Source: Spirochaetia bacterium
GTDB taxonomy: Bacteria > Spirochaetota > Spirochaetia > UBA9216
DNA length: 64,000 nucleotides
Assembly (NCBI GenBank): GCA_963677925.2
Contig: CAXXYH010000003.1
Span: forward strand, 1,920,001-1,984,000
Reading direction: 5' to 3'
Below are positions 1 through 11,163 of the stretch, one piece after another. The number at the start of each line of letters is the position of its first letter. Within the stretch, counting starts at the first letter, position 1. A program made the position numbers and the translations under genes. The notes below the pieces were generated by a model that searched no databases, had not been told where the DNA came from, and saw only the letters and a program-made list of their open reading frames with translations.

Positions 1-1488
1 CTTACCCTGCTCTCCTGCGCGGGCAGCCTCGATTGAAGCATTGAGTGCCAGCAGGTTGGTCTGAAATGCGATATTGTTAATAACCTCTATAATATCCGCT
101 ATACGGGTGCTTGATTCATTGATTTCATTCATGGCGACAACCATTTCACGGACAGCTTCTGAACCTTCCTCAGCCCGAGTAGCAGCATCGCGTGCCAGTT
201 TATCGGCCGAGATTGTGTTGTCGGCATTTGATTTCACTGAAGCATTCATTTCCTCAATAGCAGAAGAAGTTTCCTCCAGAGCGGAGGCCTGCTGCTCGGT
301 ACGGTTCGAAAGGTCCTGGTTACCGGAGGCCAGCTGTTCACTTGCTGAAGCAATCTGTTCAGAACCGGCAAGAACCGTTGATACGATTTCTGCCAGTTTC
401 TCTTTCATTACAAGCATGGAGTTAAAAACCCCTACGCTGTTTTCAGATGATTGCCCTTCTCTGGAGGTAAGGTCTCCCTTTGAAATGGTTTCTGAAAGAA
501 CCATCAGCTCTGCAGGATCAGAACCCAGCTGTTTAAGAACAGACGAAACTGTGATAAATGCTATAAGAATTCCCGCAGCTATTGCAACAGCCAGAATTAT
601 TATAATGATTATCATGGCACGGTTATTTGAAGCCTGGAGTCTCGGCCCGAGTTCATCCTGATCGGCCTTAACAGAGAGGGTTACATCATCAAGCCAGCCG
701 GCAATTTCCGGTCCAAGGACATCAAGATGATTTGTTATAAGATCATTTCTTTCTCTTATAGCGTTAACTACAAGAGTGAAATTTTCAAGATAGATTTCCC
801 TCTCTGATATTACATCCTGCATGTGACTTCTTCTTTCCGCATTCTCAAGAGCTGCATCAAGCAGGCTTAGGTTCTCATTCATTTTGGAAATTTCAAGGTT
901 AACCCGGTCAACATTTGAATCTGCATTATCATCAAGGAACTTAACAACGTAGAGTCTGGCAAGAAGCAGATTCCGCATCACAAGAGAAGAATAGAAGGCA
1001 GCGGTTGCATCACCATCCTCCTCAGCTGAAATAAGAATATCGGTCAGGCTCTGTTCCATTTCCGGTCCCAGAACATCAAGATAATTGTCTACATGCTCAT
1101 TTCGTACGGCCTGAAATTTCTGGACTTCCTCAAAACTTGATTCATACTCGGTAACATTATCCTGGACCTGCTTTATAAGCTTGGCCCGTTCCGGATGCTG
1201 AATTTCTTCAGAAGCCCGGTCCAGATAGTCAGACATTTCGACAAGGTAGCTATTGTACTCCTGAACATCCTTTTCAAGCCCTGATATGATAAAGTCTTTC
1301 ACATTCATCCGGACCATGAGCATATTTGTCTCAAGTCTGCTGGCAAGGTTGGTATCCCTGGCCAGAGCCCGGTACTCTGTAAACCCGCGTGAAGCGGTTC
1401 CGAACTGAAGGATGGCAATTACTCCGACTACGATGACAAGGAGCAGAAGAACTCCGAATCCCAGCGATATTTTAGTTCTCAGTTTCAT
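1..1488 (-). CDS. Methyl-accepting chemotaxis protein with helical periplasmic sensor (HBM-like); 3' end runs off the window
   Basis: Absent from the ORF track because it is truncated. ATG at 1488 follows AGAGAGGG and reads [27 protein letters not shown] (TM1). A second TM lies near 560-620, and the signalling hairpin [24 protein letters not shown] is at 1-72. Confidence 0.92.
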   Translation of the reverse strand, partial: MKLRTKISLGFGVLLLLVIVVGVIAILQFGTASRGFTEYRALARDTNLASRLETNMLMVRMNVKDFIISGLEKDVQEYNSYLVEMSDYLDRASEEIQHPERAKLIKQVQDNVTEYESSFEEVQKFQAVRNEHVDNYLDVLGPEMEQSLTDILISAEEDGDATAAFYSSLVMRNLLLARLYVVKFLDDNADSNVDRVNLEISKMNENLSLLDAALENAERRSHMQDVISEREIYLENFTLVVNAIRERNDLITNHLDVLGPEIAGWLDDVTLSVKADQDELGPRLQASNNRAMIIIIIILAVAIAAGILIAFITVSSVLKQLGSDPAELMVLSETISKGDLTSREGQSSENSVGVFNSMLVMKEKLAEIVSTVLAGSEQIASASEQLASGNQDLSNRTEQQASALEETSSAIEEMNASVKSNADNTISADKLARDAATRAEEGSEAVREMVVAMNEINESSTRIADIIEVINNIAFQTNLLALNASIEAARAGEQGK

Positions 1489-1571
1489 AAAGCCCTCTCT
1501 ATTTTGCAATTGAAATCAGCAAAAACATAAACAAACTGCAGATAAGTTTTTTATACTTAAACCTTTATTAA

Positions 1572-1600
1572 ATTATAGAAAATGGAATTTGCCAAATCAA
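1572..1600 (-). promoter_or_regulatory. Sigma70-like promoter of the MCP gene
   Basis: Minus strand TTGATT-17 nt-TATAAT. Confidence 0.55.
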
Positions 1601-1625
1601 ACCCCATTCCGCCTTTTAGCAAAAA

Positions 1626-3263
1626 TTAAATAAATTTTACGCTTTTTGTGTCTTTTTTTCTTTTAAGAGTCACCGAGCTTCCTGAGTCACTGTAATCCAC
1701 ACTGTCATAAAACATTGTTGTCACGGCAATTCCCCGTCCGTGAGTATACTCCTCCGGATTATCAGTCTCATAAATTTCCAGAATATTCGCTACAGGGTCC
1801 CGTACTCCAGCCGGCTCAAAACCCTCCCCCATATCCGTAACTGTAAACTTCACTTCTTCACAATTGATTTCAGCACTGACAGTTACACTCTTCAGCCTAT
1901 CTTCCCTGTTTCCATGGTAATACGCGTTCAGACACATTTCATCCAGTCCGATACACATTTTCCGAATCTCATCTGTTGAATATCCTGTTTTAATAAGCAT
2001 TTCATCAATCTCCGAAAGTACAGATTTCAAACCGTCCAGTTCTGAAAAGAAAAAGTCCTTACTAAAGGCTCCTGCGAAATCTATCTGAATTATTGTTGTG
2101 TCGTCTTCAAGTGGAAGCCTGCCTGCTGCTTCTCCAAGTTTTTTAATTAGTTCCTCAAAATCAGGCTCAGGTCCGCCTGGAATATTTTTGAGCAGCCGGG
2201 TAAACATTTCAATCCCCGCTATACCATCATTTTCGGCGTTAAACTCAAATACTGCATCAGAAAATAGTAAAAGCCTATCATTTTTCTCAAGTTCAAGCCG
2301 GCAGGTTTCATATTCAGTGGAAACATCATATCCGAGGTGCATCCCGGCGGCTCTTGGAATTGAACTGATCACTCCTGCCCTGATCAAGACAGGAAGGACT
2401 CCGTTTGCGCTTGAATAAGTTAGAACCATACTGCTGAGATCAAGTATGCAGACTAGCATCGTAGGGAAATGATCTTCATCCGTGATCCTGATGACACTCC
2501 TGTTTACCTGAGAAAGAAATGCTCCTGTATCTCCGCTATCGAAAAGGAGAGACATCTTGGCCTGAACCACACTTGTAAGAAAAGAGGCTTCGAGAGAAGA
2601 CTGAATTCCATGACCGGTACAGTCACCCAAAACAAGAACTAGTTTTTCACTGCAGAAGCCTCGGTTTATTGAAAAGAAATCCCCTCCCAGATCTTCACAG
2701 GGCATATAAAGGGCCTGAATACTGAAATCCCTAAAAAACGGAAGCTCTCTCTGGATAAGAGAATCCTGCAGAATTCTGGCTTTTTGAATATAAGTTTTCT
2801 GCTCATCAATCTTATCCTGCAGTGCTATATTCAAATTTTCAAGAACTTCATTCTGAGACTGAATCTGTTTTCTTACCTGCTGGAGTTCCACATGTGTTTT
2901 TATCCTGGCTAACAGTTCGGTCATATTGAAGGGCTTTGTAAGATAGTCCACTGCGCCCAGATTAAAACCCTTCACTATATCCTCAGAATCTGAAAGCGCC
3001 GTTAAAAAAACAACCGGTATATCCTGTGTAAGCGGGTCTTTTTTCAGCTCGACAATCGTCTCATAACCATCCATTACCGGCATCATAATATCAAGCAGAA
3101 TAATATCAGGATAAGGTTTTATCCTGCAGCGTTTAAGACATTCTTCACCGTTTCTTGCAACCCTCAGGTTATACGTATCCTTCAGCATTGCAACGATTAT
3201 TTCTGTATTTATCTTATTATCATCAACAATAAGTACTGTAGCCTGAAAATTATTATACACCAT
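1626..3263 (-). CDS. Response regulator: REC + PP2C/SpoIIE phosphatase + RsbW-like HATPase_c kinase
   Basis: REC: LIVDD, ILLDIMMP, LTKPF. PP2C: GGDFF, GDCTGHG, FSDAVFE, EDDTT. Kinase: DEMCLNAYYHGN, DMGEGF, HGRGI. Start placed at ATG 3263, which overlaps the upstream stop; the ORF extends to 3287. Confidence 0.88.
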   Translation of the reverse strand: MVYNNFQATVLIVDDNKINTEIIVAMLKDTYNLRVARNGEECLKRCRIKPYPDIILLDIMMPVMDGYETIVELKKDPLTQDIPVVFLTALSDSEDIVKGFNLGAVDYLTKPFNMTELLARIKTHVELQQVRKQIQSQNEVLENLNIALQDKIDEQKTYIQKARILQDSLIQRELPFFRDFSIQALYMPCEDLGGDFFSINRGFCSEKLVLVLGDCTGHGIQSSLEASFLTSVVQAKMSLLFDSGDTGAFLSQVNRSVIRITDEDHFPTMLVCILDLSSMVLTYSSANGVLPVLIRAGVISSIPRAAGMHLGYDVSTEYETCRLELEKNDRLLLFSDAVFEFNAENDGIAGIEMFTRLLKNIPGGPEPDFEELIKKLGEAAGRLPLEDDTTIIQIDFAGAFSKDFFFSELDGLKSVLSEIDEMLIKTGYSTDEIRKMCIGLDEMCLNAYYHGNREDRLKSVTVSAEINCEEVKFTVTDMGEGFEPAGVRDPVANILEIYETDNPEEYTHGRGIAVTTMFYDSVDYSDSGSSVTLKRKKDTKSVKFI

Positions 3264-5613
3264 CCTCTTTACCTTCACTTTTTTCAATCATCGGTTTCAT
3301 ACTGCCTATAAATTCGGCGAGAGCTTTTTCATCAATATGCTCCCATATCCGTCTTAGATCCTCTGAAATTCTGCTGACAACACCGGAATCAGATATTAAA
3401 GATATCTTTTCAGATACGGAAAGAAGCCCGTCTATATCATTGGAACTAAAGACATTTTCAAGATTTAAAAGCTCTTTAGAAAGCCGGTCAAACTCATCAG
3501 GAGAAAGCCCGCTGAGATCATATCTGCCGAAGTTTTCATTTGCCGGCATGCCTTCACCAAGATGTCCTGTAATCACTTCCAAAAGCTGCCTTCTGTCCAG
3601 CGGTTTGGACATATACAGATCAAAACCCATATCAAGATATTTTTCTTCAGATCCGGCCATAGCATCACCGGTAATAATTATTGTAAAAGGAGCCTTCTCC
3701 CTGTTCTGATGAATGGTATTAATAAAATGCATATGATCCTGAAAAGCCCTGCTGAAATCAAGAATTATTATGCTGTATTGACCTTCATGATAGAGTTTCT
3801 GAAACTCAGAGGCTTCCAGGGTATAATTTGCCTGAATTCCTGAGGATTCAAGAATTTTCTGGATCAGCAGACTGTCTACCTTCTCATCAAAAAATACAAG
3901 AATCTCAGGATTCTTCTGCTCAGTTTTAATGCTGCCGTTCACGAACGCATCTGTTTCATCCTCATTTTCATCCAAAGGAATTACAGCAAGCGGTTCCTCC
4001 TCTGCATGCCCGGAAACCGGCAGAAGAGGTATATTCACCCTGAAAATGGAACCCTTACCCGGAGTACTTTCAACATCAATCGAACCATCCATCAGATCGA
4101 CCAGTCTTCTGGAGATAGTCAGGCCCAGGCCTGTACCTTCGTATTTCCTCTTAGTACCGATATTACCCTGGGCAAAGGCATCAAAAATCTTCGTACGAAC
4201 ATCATCTGTAATACCTATTCCAGAATCCGCGACCTCAAGCTGCAGAACTCCGTTCTCATAGGCTGCCGAAGTTCTGATAAAACCTGAATCGGTAAATTTG
4301 ACCGCATTTCCGATCAGGTTGGTAAGAACCTGCTTTATTTGTACTTCCCCGCCTATCAAAAGATCTGGGGTACCGGTAGATTCAATGAATTCCAGTTCTA
4401 TATCCTTTTCCGCGGTCAGTACACTGAACTGCCTTTCAAGTTCCTCAAAAAGAGTTAAAACGGAGAATTCCCGGTATTCGATTGTGACCTTATCAGCTTC
4501 AATTTTGGAAAGATCCAGAATTTCACTTATAAGGCCAAGCAGATCCGTACCTGATTTTTTCATCAGCTTCAGCATCTCGTTTTTTTCAGGATCTTTTTCC
4601 TGAGACATAAGGATGTCGTTAAATCCCAGAATAGCATTAAGAGGGGTTCTAATTTCATGTGACATGTTGGCAAGAAACTCACTTTTTAGCGCGTTTGCTT
4701 TCTCAGCCTCTTCTTTTGCCAGACGCAGCTCCTGCTCAAACTGCTTTCTTTTTGTAATATCCTCTTTAAGAGCTATAAATGCAGTTATTTCATTTTCATC
4801 ATTGCAGATGGGAGTGATAATTGCTTCTTCCCAGTAATGTTCACCATTTTTTTTCCTGTTCAGGAAGGTTCCGGTCCAGTCATGCCCTGTGCTGATGGTC
4901 TGCCAGAGCTGGCTGTAGAACTCTGCATCATGGAAGCCGCTGCTGAATATCCTCGGGTTTTTTCCGAATACTTCAAGACGGGAGAAGCCGGTAATTTCTT
5001 CGAAAGCTTTATTGGCGTAGGTTATGTTCCCTTCTTCATCTGTGGTCACTACCGATACGGCGCTCTGCTCTATGGCAGTCAGCAGTCTGCGGATCTCCTG
5101 TTCATTTACCTTCTGATCGGTTATATCCACACCGAAAAACAAAAGATTTCCAGTATGCGGCTCAATACTTTTAGTAAAAAGAACCGTCGAACCGAAACTC
5201 CGGTATTCAAACTTTTCCGGAACAAACAGTCTTGATTTTGCAATATTATTCCTAACCCAAATGCCCACGAAAAGCTTTGCTTTTCTTTCAGGAAGGTCTT
5301 CAATTCCGAAAAACTGCTTTGCTTTGCCGTTTATTTGAAGGACTTTAAGCTCTTTACCTAGGATGAACTCAATATACGGGTTCATCTTCCTGAACAGTCT
5401 CAGTTCAATGAGCCTTATCCGCAGCTGAGCGACAAGAAGGCTGACTCCGGCTATAACCACGCTTTGAATAAGAAATTCTAATTTATGAAAATCTTCAAAA
5501 CTGTGATGTCTGAACCAGAAAAGATTTACAAGAACTGTTTCAAAGACAAGGAAGTAGAGGAGCATATACAATACAGTCTGTTTCCGATAATCGAAAAATG
5601 ATTTTTTTATCAA
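3253..5613 (-). CDS. Hybrid sensor histidine kinase (2 TM, PAS, HisKA, HATPase_c, REC)
   Basis: PAS: YANKAFEEITG...NRKKNG. H-box: FLANMSHEIRTPLNAI. N/G boxes: NLIGNAVKFT, DSGIGI, GTGLGL. C-terminal receiver: IIILD, SKP. Confidence 0.92.
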   Translation of the reverse strand: MIKKSFFDYRKQTVLYMLLYFLVFETVLVNLFWFRHHSFEDFHKLEFLIQSVVIAGVSLLVAQLRIRLIELRLFRKMNPYIEFILGKELKVLQINGKAKQFFGIEDLPERKAKLFVGIWVRNNIAKSRLFVPEKFEYRSFGSTVLFTKSIEPHTGNLLFFGVDITDQKVNEQEIRRLLTAIEQSAVSVVTTDEEGNITYANKAFEEITGFSRLEVFGKNPRIFSSGFHDAEFYSQLWQTISTGHDWTGTFLNRKKNGEHYWEEAIITPICNDENEITAFIALKEDITKRKQFEQELRLAKEEAEKANALKSEFLANMSHEIRTPLNAILGFNDILMSQEKDPEKNEMLKLMKKSGTDLLGLISEILDLSKIEADKVTIEYREFSVLTLFEELERQFSVLTAEKDIELEFIESTGTPDLLIGGEVQIKQVLTNLIGNAVKFTDSGFIRTSAAYENGVLQLEVADSGIGITDDVRTKIFDAFAQGNIGTKRKYEGTGLGLTISRRLVDLMDGSIDVESTPGKGSIFRVNIPLLPVSGHAEEEPLAVIPLDENEDETDAFVNGSIKTEQKNPEILVFFDEKVDSLLIQKILESSGIQANYTLEASEFQKLYHEGQYSIIILDFSRAFQDHMHFINTIHQNREKAPFTIIITGDAMAGSEEKYLDMGFDLYMSKPLDRRQLLEVITGHLGEGMPANENFGRYDLSGLSPDEFDRLSKELLNLENVFSSNDIDGLLSVSEKISLISDSGVVSRISEDLRRIWEHIDEKALAEFIGSMKPMIEKSEGKEDGV

Positions 5614-5753
5614 GTAATGACCCCGAGCCTCACCGAATATGTTCTATCTTATATTCTAGTTTTTTATTATTGAAAGTCAAATACTTTTATTTTCCCTTGC
5701 CCGAATCATGATATAGGCATATCCTGTTATAAACAGATCTTAAGGTGGTTTTT

Positions 5754-7016
5754 ATGTATAAATGCAGTCTTGAAAGAATGACAGACAAAATTACAACTTT
5801 CAGTAAATTCGGGGATGCCGGTCACGGCGGAATCACACGATATACCCTGTCTCCCGAAGATACCCTTGCAAGAAATGAGTTCAAAAAACGAATGGAAGCA
5901 ATAGGTGCTGTTATAGAGGTTGATGATGTTGCCAATATGTATGCGACACTTCCGGGAAGCGATCCGGACGCAAAACGTATTGTAATGGGCTCTCACACAG
6001 ATTCTGTAAAGAACGGCGGAAATTACGACGGTATTCTCGGAGTACTGTCGGCAATGGAAGTTCTTGAAGCCGTTGCTGAGCAGAATATACCTCACAAACA
6101 CCCGCTTACCGCAATGATTTGGACTAATGAAGAGGGTTCACTTTATCCGCCTGCAATGATGGTTTCAGGAATAGTCTGCTACGATTACCTTCCCGATGCA
6201 ATTAAAGGCAAGTTTAAGTATGAAGATATGATGAAGTCAAAGAGCGTCCTGGACGGCGAAGACACATTCGGCGCTGCACTCGATCGATCCGGTTTCAAAG
6301 GTGACAAAAAATACCGTCTCAATAAGGACGACTATAAATGCATGTTCGAAATCCATATTGAGCAGGGACCAATCCTTGAGGATGCAGGAAAAGATGTCGG
6401 TATAGTTGACTGTGTACTTGGAATGTTCAACTACCGCTTCAGGTTCTATGGACAGACTGTACATGCGGGAACATTCCCGATGCCCAAGAGAAAAGATGCA
6501 CTATTTGCCGCTTCACAGACTATCATGCACCTGCATGAAGAGATAGACAAACTCGGATACCCCGAACTTGTTTACACAACCGGTGAAATAGTGCTTCATC
6601 CGAACGTACACACCTGTGTTCCCGATTACGTGGATTTCTGTATAGATGTGAGACATGAGAAACCGGAAGTTCTTGATCAGGTTCTGGCCATAGTCAAGGG
6701 CTGTGCGGATAAGGAATGGGCAGGCTGCCGCTGCGAAGTTGAAAAAATGTGGAACCGCGACACCGTATACTGGGACAAGACTCTTTTCGGATACGCAAAA
6801 GAAGCAGCAGAGGAAGCAGGTTCTTCACACATGGTTCTGCATTCAGGTGCAGGTCATGATGCACAGTTTGCCTCTTACATGATGCCTACAACAATGATTT
6901 TTGTTCAGTCAAAAGACGGCCTTTCTCACTGTGAGCCGGAATATTCAACACCGGAGCACTGTACCGAGGGAGCAACTGTTCTGCTTAACACCGTACTCAA
7001 GGTAGATGCAGAATAG
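5754..7016 (+). CDS. M20 Zn-dependent N-carbamoyl-amino-acid amidohydrolase (beta-ureidopropionase/allantoate amidohydrolase family)
   Basis: Motifs GSHTDSV, GGNYDGILGV, NEEG, EIHIEQGP, HAGT, SGAGHDA, SHCEPE. AAGGTGG SD precedes ATG 5754. Confidence 0.88.
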   Translation: MYKCSLERMTDKITTFSKFGDAGHGGITRYTLSPEDTLARNEFKKRMEAIGAVIEVDDVANMYATLPGSDPDAKRIVMGSHTDSVKNGGNYDGILGVLSAMEVLEAVAEQNIPHKHPLTAMIWTNEEGSLYPPAMMVSGIVCYDYLPDAIKGKFKYEDMMKSKSVLDGEDTFGAALDRSGFKGDKKYRLNKDDYKCMFEIHIEQGPILEDAGKDVGIVDCVLGMFNYRFRFYGQTVHAGTFPMPKRKDALFAASQTIMHLHEEIDKLGYPELVYTTGEIVLHPNVHTCVPDYVDFCIDVRHEKPEVLDQVLAIVKGCADKEWAGCRCEVEKMWNRDTVYWDKTLFGYAKEAAEEAGSSHMVLHSGAGHDAQFASYMMPTTMIFVQSKDGLSHCEPEYSTPEHCTEGATVLLNTVLKVDAE

Positions 7017-7034
7017 TTTTAAATCCTGACGGAT

Positions 7035-7073
7035 AAAAAAGGGCTCCCGGTATTGCCGGTGAGCCCTTTTTTT
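7035..7073. terminator. Bidirectional intrinsic terminator
   Basis: AAAAAAGGGCTCCCGG-TATTG-CCGGTGAGCCCTTTTTTT between convergent genes. Confidence 0.85.
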
Positions 7074-7093
7074 ATTACTTGAGTTTCTACCCG

Positions 7094-8200
7094 TTAAATC
7101 TCAATAAGCTCATATTCCTTGCTGCCTATCCCAAGCTTGACCGCGTGATCTATTGCAGTCATCCAGTCTGTTTCAGGACTTACATCGGTAAAATGATCAT
7201 TATGAGCGGTTCCGTGCTTCTCAAGAACACTTCCGGCTATTACCGGCTGACGGTTAACAGCGTCTGCACAGGCCACATCAAGAGCTACAGGATCAAAAGA
7301 AGCAAACATGCCGACATTGGGCACGATAGGTATATCATTTTCGGCATGACAGTCACAGTACGGAGAAACATCCACAACAAGACTTATGTGAAAATGGGGA
7401 CGTCCGTTAAGAACTGCCCATGTGTATTCAGCCATTTTAGCATTAAGAATTGAATTTGATTCATTAAAAACCGGCTCTATCGCATCAACAGGACAGCGGC
7501 CGATACACATTCCGCAGCCTACGCAGTTATCATGGTTGATAGACGCCTTCTTATCGGTAATGCTTATTGCACTGTGGGCACAGATCTTCAGGCATGCTCC
7601 GCAGCCAATACAGGCATCAGTACTTACACTCGGCTTTCCGGCACTGTGCATTTCCATCTTGCCGGCTCTGGAACCGCAGCCCATACCGATATTTTTGATG
7701 GCTCCGCCGAATCCGGCGAGTTCATGACCCTTGAAATGACTCAGCGAAATGACAATATCGGCGTCCATCACAGCGCGGCCGATTTTTGCTTCCTTTACAT
7801 ACTCACCTGAAGGAACAGGTACCAGCTGCTCGTCAGTTCCTTTCAGTCCGTCGGCAATAAGAATCTGGCAGCCTGTCGAAAACGGAGAGTATCCGTTTAT
7901 ATAGGCGGTTTCAAGATGATCAAGGGCATTCTTCCTTCCGCCGACGTATAGCGTATTGCAGTCGGTTAGAAAAGGCTTGCCGCCCAGCTGCCTTATTACA
8001 TCGGCAACAGTACGCGAATAGTTCGGGCGCAGATACGCAAGGTTTCCAAGCTCCCCGAAATGTATTTTAACAGCTGCGAATTTCTTTGAAAAATCAATAT
8101 CCGCAATACCTGCGGTTTTAATCAGTCTTTCGAGTTTCTGCTGAAGATTCTCCCTGCCTGTTACATGCATGTCTGCAAAAAAGACCTTTGATTTCCCCAT
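7094..8200 (-). CDS. DUF362-family Fe-S protein with 2x[4Fe-4S] ferredoxin domain
   Basis: KIHFGELGN, TDCNTLY, SHFKGH, GGAIKNIGMG; CxxCxxCxxxC twice; CDC motif. Start at MGKSK after GGGGGA. Confidence 0.85.
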   Translation of the reverse strand: MGKSKVFFADMHVTGRENLQQKLERLIKTAGIADIDFSKKFAAVKIHFGELGNLAYLRPNYSRTVADVIRQLGGKPFLTDCNTLYVGGRKNALDHLETAYINGYSPFSTGCQILIADGLKGTDEQLVPVPSGEYVKEAKIGRAVMDADIVISLSHFKGHELAGFGGAIKNIGMGCGSRAGKMEMHSAGKPSVSTDACIGCGACLKICAHSAISITDKKASINHDNCVGCGMCIGRCPVDAIEPVFNESNSILNAKMAEYTWAVLNGRPHFHISLVVDVSPYCDCHAENDIPIVPNVGMFASFDPVALDVACADAVNRQPVIAGSVLEKHGTAHNDHFTDVSPETDWMTAIDHAVKLGIGSKEYELIEI

Positions 8201-8230
8201 CTTTGTTTCCCCCTGAGTTATCATGTAAAT

Positions 8231-8815
8231 TTATTTTGTTTTTATTCCATTTAGAAGCAGTTGAATAGTGGATGCGTAGAAATCAGACACATACCTGCTT
8301 TTTCCCTGACGGTAAGCCATCATCAGAAAAACCTGATATATGGTATAAATAATCTCTGAAATTTCCTCAACTTTAAGCTCTTCCCTGAAAACACCCTCTT
8401 CAACACCACCGCTGATAATCTCTGCAATCATTATCCTTGAATCTTCATATACATCAATATAAATATCACTTTGAATCATCGGAGACATTATTTTATCATC
8501 CTTGCTTAACATCTCCATGAGCGGCGAATTACCTTTCAGATAAACAAGAGCCGTCTCACACATGGTTATCAATTTCTGTTCATGGTCTGCAACATCAGCA
8601 ACAGCAGCCCTGACATGCTCAAGCCACTGATATAAGGCATACCTGATACACTCCTGATAGAGACTCTGCTTGTTGTTCGAATAACGGTAAAGATTACCCT
8701 TTGTCATCTCGAGCTCTGAGGCTATGTCATCAAGCGAGGTTTTCCTGTATCCGTACCTGGCGAAATTTTTAAGCGCAGCTTCGTAGATGATATTTTCGTC
8801 AAGTTTTCTCTTCAT
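8231..8815 (-). CDS. TetR/AcrR family transcriptional regulator
   Basis: HTH: AALKNFARYGYRKTSLDDIASELEMTKGNLYRY. Confidence 0.9.
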   Translation of the reverse strand: MKRKLDENIIYEAALKNFARYGYRKTSLDDIASELEMTKGNLYRYSNNKQSLYQECIRYALYQWLEHVRAAVADVADHEQKLITMCETALVYLKGNSPLMEMLSKDDKIMSPMIQSDIYIDVYEDSRIMIAEIISGGVEEGVFREELKVEEISEIIYTIYQVFLMMAYRQGKSRYVSDFYASTIQLLLNGIKTK

Positions 8816-8918
8816 CAATACTCCAATTTTAATCTGCTATAGAATAAGGTGATCCAAACTTCTAATCAAGGCAAAATTTTACCAATTTTTTTAGTAATTT
8901 AATCAGATTTTTTTATCA

Positions 8919-8947
8919 TTGACACTAAAACTGTTTAGCCATATTAT
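8919..8947 (+). promoter_or_regulatory. Sigma70-like promoter of the MCP gene
   Basis: TTGACA-17 nt-TATTAT. Confidence 0.6.
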
Positions 8948-9002
8948 AAATAAACTTTTCGTTCATTTATATACTTAAATAAAAAAAGGACCTCATCTAT
9001 CT

Positions 9003-11096
9003 ATGGAAACTAAAAAGGGGTTGAGCCTCAAATTGAGTCTTGCTGTAGTGATTTGCCTGGTTATTGTTTTTACTTCAATTTCCATAATCAGCTCTTCGAA
9101 CGCAAAAAGGATCACTAAAGCCGACAAAAGTACGGAGCTTCAGAGAAGAGTCTCTGAGCTTAAAGAATTACTCGACTGCAACATATCTTTAACTTCTCTG
9201 CTAACCGCCTCTATTGCAGAAAACCAGTTTATCAGAGCCACTATGGCGTCTTCGGACTACAAAGAGACCGGCAGCATTATCAGCCGGATGCCTGAAAATT
9301 ATGACTACATCAGAAATATTTTAATAACCGACTCAAAGGGCTTGATTATAGCTTCAGCCGGACCTGATAAACCTGAAGCTGATAATATATCCTCAAAAGA
9401 ACTATTCTTCCGTGCTGAAGCGGAACCTTCAAAAACTTATATATCCAGCCTGCCTTTATCATTGGGATCTAATCTTCTGCTTGAGTTTTCAAGGGCAGTA
9501 ACAGTTAACGGAAATTTTACAGGAGTAGTTGTTGTTCAGATAGACCTGAATAAGTTCTCTTCCAATAATGTACTCAACAAAACCTACGGAGAAGGAGGTT
9601 ACGCCTTCGCATTCGGTAAAAACGGATTTCTTTTTATGCATCCCGATGCATCTCAGTTGATGAAGGACAACAGGGACGGTGTGATTGGCGAAATACTGAA
9701 CAGCGGCGAAAAAAAAGGCATCATTGAATACCTGTGGCAGGGAGACCAGAAGTTTGCAGCATTTGATTCCATGGAAAACCTGCCCTGGATTGTCAGCTGC
9801 AGCATATATAATAACGACCTCCTGAAAATATCACAGTCACTTCAGAAAACAATAATAATTTCCTCGCTTGTAAGTGTAGGAGTAATAATCATAATTCTTT
9901 TTATTGTACTGTCATCGGTAATCATTAAAAGAATCAGGCACATTGAGGAAAACCTGCTGAATGCTTCCAACGGAGATCTCACACTTAAACTGGAAATAAG
10001 AGGAAGTGATGAAATATCAAGTATCTTCAACAGCTTCAATATCATGCTTGGAAATTTCTCCGACTTTCTCGGCAGTGTTAAGAACAAGCTGTCAAAGGTT
10101 TCAGTCTCGAGTAACGACATGGGAGCCAATATTACCGAAACAGCAGCGGCAATAAACCAGATAAACAGCAATATTGACAGCATCAAGGTTCAGATTGAGA
10201 AACAGTACGCCAGCACAACCCAGACTGCAGCCGCCATTGAAGAACTTGCACGTAACATAGACTCATTAAGCGGCGCAATAATTAACCAGAAGTCAAGTAT
10301 AACCCAGTCTTCATCAGCAATAGAACAGATGACGGCCGGCATTTCATCCATTTCAGGAACAATCAGAACTGCCGAAAACGATGTTGCCGAAATGAACAGG
10401 GCTGCTGAAACAGGAAAGACTTCAGTTGTTCAGGTTGTAGAGCTGATAAGCGGAATTGTAAACCAGTCGGAACAGCTTCTTCATGCAAATACAATTATTT
10501 CCGACATATCAAGCCAGACAAACCTTCTTGCAATGAACGCTGCAATCGAAGCTGCTCATGCAGGAAATGCAGGCAAGGGCTTCGCTGTTGTAGCAGATGA
10601 AATCAGAAAACTCGCGGAACAGGCAGCTGCACAGTCACTTATTGTCGGCAAGAATCTTACTGATATAAAACAGTCCATTGATGCCGTAAAGAATGCCGCT
10701 GTGAAAACAGATAAGGGCTTTGTTGAGCTGACCGATACAATTGTAAACGTTAATCAGAGATTCTCTTTCATAGGAGAATCGGTAATGGAACTCAACACCG
10801 GAAGTCTGCAGATACTTGAAGGTTTGAACCAGATGAACACAATATCCTCTGAGGTCAGTACCGGAGCAGAGGAAATGAAAGCCGGAAACGGTCAGCTGGT
10901 TGAGGCAGTTTCCCACCTCAACGAGATTGGACAGATTACGCGGACCGGAATTGAAGAGATAGCCCTGGGAATTCATGAAATAAACAGTGCTATCATGGAT
11001 ATCGATCGTCTCAGTATCCAGAATACCGACTATGTGAGGGAAATAAATACAGAAGCGGATCGCTTTGTAACCCATAATCAGGCTCAGCATTCATAA
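9003..11096 (+). CDS. Methyl-accepting chemotaxis protein, dCache sensor, long spirochaete-type signalling domain
   Basis: 2 TM; Cache motif [17 protein letters not shown]; HAMP GDLT...DEI; [17 protein letters not shown]...[14 protein letters not shown]. Confidence 0.93.
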   Translation: METKKGLSLKLSLAVVICLVIVFTSISIISSSNAKRITKADKSTELQRRVSELKELLDCNISLTSLLTASIAENQFIRATMASSDYKETGSIISRMPENYDYIRNILITDSKGLIIASAGPDKPEADNISSKELFFRAEAEPSKTYISSLPLSLGSNLLLEFSRAVTVNGNFTGVVVVQIDLNKFSSNNVLNKTYGEGGYAFAFGKNGFLFMHPDASQLMKDNRDGVIGEILNSGEKKGIIEYLWQGDQKFAAFDSMENLPWIVSCSIYNNDLLKISQSLQKTIIISSLVSVGVIIIILFIVLSSVIIKRIRHIEENLLNASNGDLTLKLEIRGSDEISSIFNSFNIMLGNFSDFLGSVKNKLSKVSVSSNDMGANITETAAAINQINSNIDSIKVQIEKQYASTTQTAAAIEELARNIDSLSGAIINQKSSITQSSSAIEQMTAGISSISGTIRTAENDVAEMNRAAETGKTSVVQVVELISGIVNQSEQLLHANTIISDISSQTNLLAMNAAIEAAHAGNAGKGFAVVADEIRKLAEQAAAQSLIVGKNLTDIKQSIDAVKNAAVKTDKGFVELTDTIVNVNQRFSFIGESVMELNTGSLQILEGLNQMNTISSEVSTGAEEMKAGNGQLVEAVSHLNEIGQITRTGIEEIALGIHEINSAIMDIDRLSIQNTDYVREINTEADRFVTHNQAQHS

Positions 11097-11112
11097 TTTT
11101 ATAGAAATTGAC

Positions 11113-11157
11113 TCTCCAATTGATTAAATTATATATAGAAGCTTAATCAATTGGAGA
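11113..11157. repeat. Perfect 15-bp inverted repeat over the promoter and RBS of the enoyl-CoA hydratase gene
   Basis: TCTCCAATTGATTAA (11113-11127), 15-nt spacer, TTAATCAATTGGAGA (11143-11157). Confidence 0.85.
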
Positions 11158-11163
11158 AATATA

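Noticed and set aside
74-661. 195-aa plus-strand ORF and many other Ser-rich short ORFs in the track (e.g. 33587-34063, 43299-43874, 59144-59752)
   Set aside because: Antisense or alternate-frame shadows of well-supported genes, with no motifs or initiation signals.
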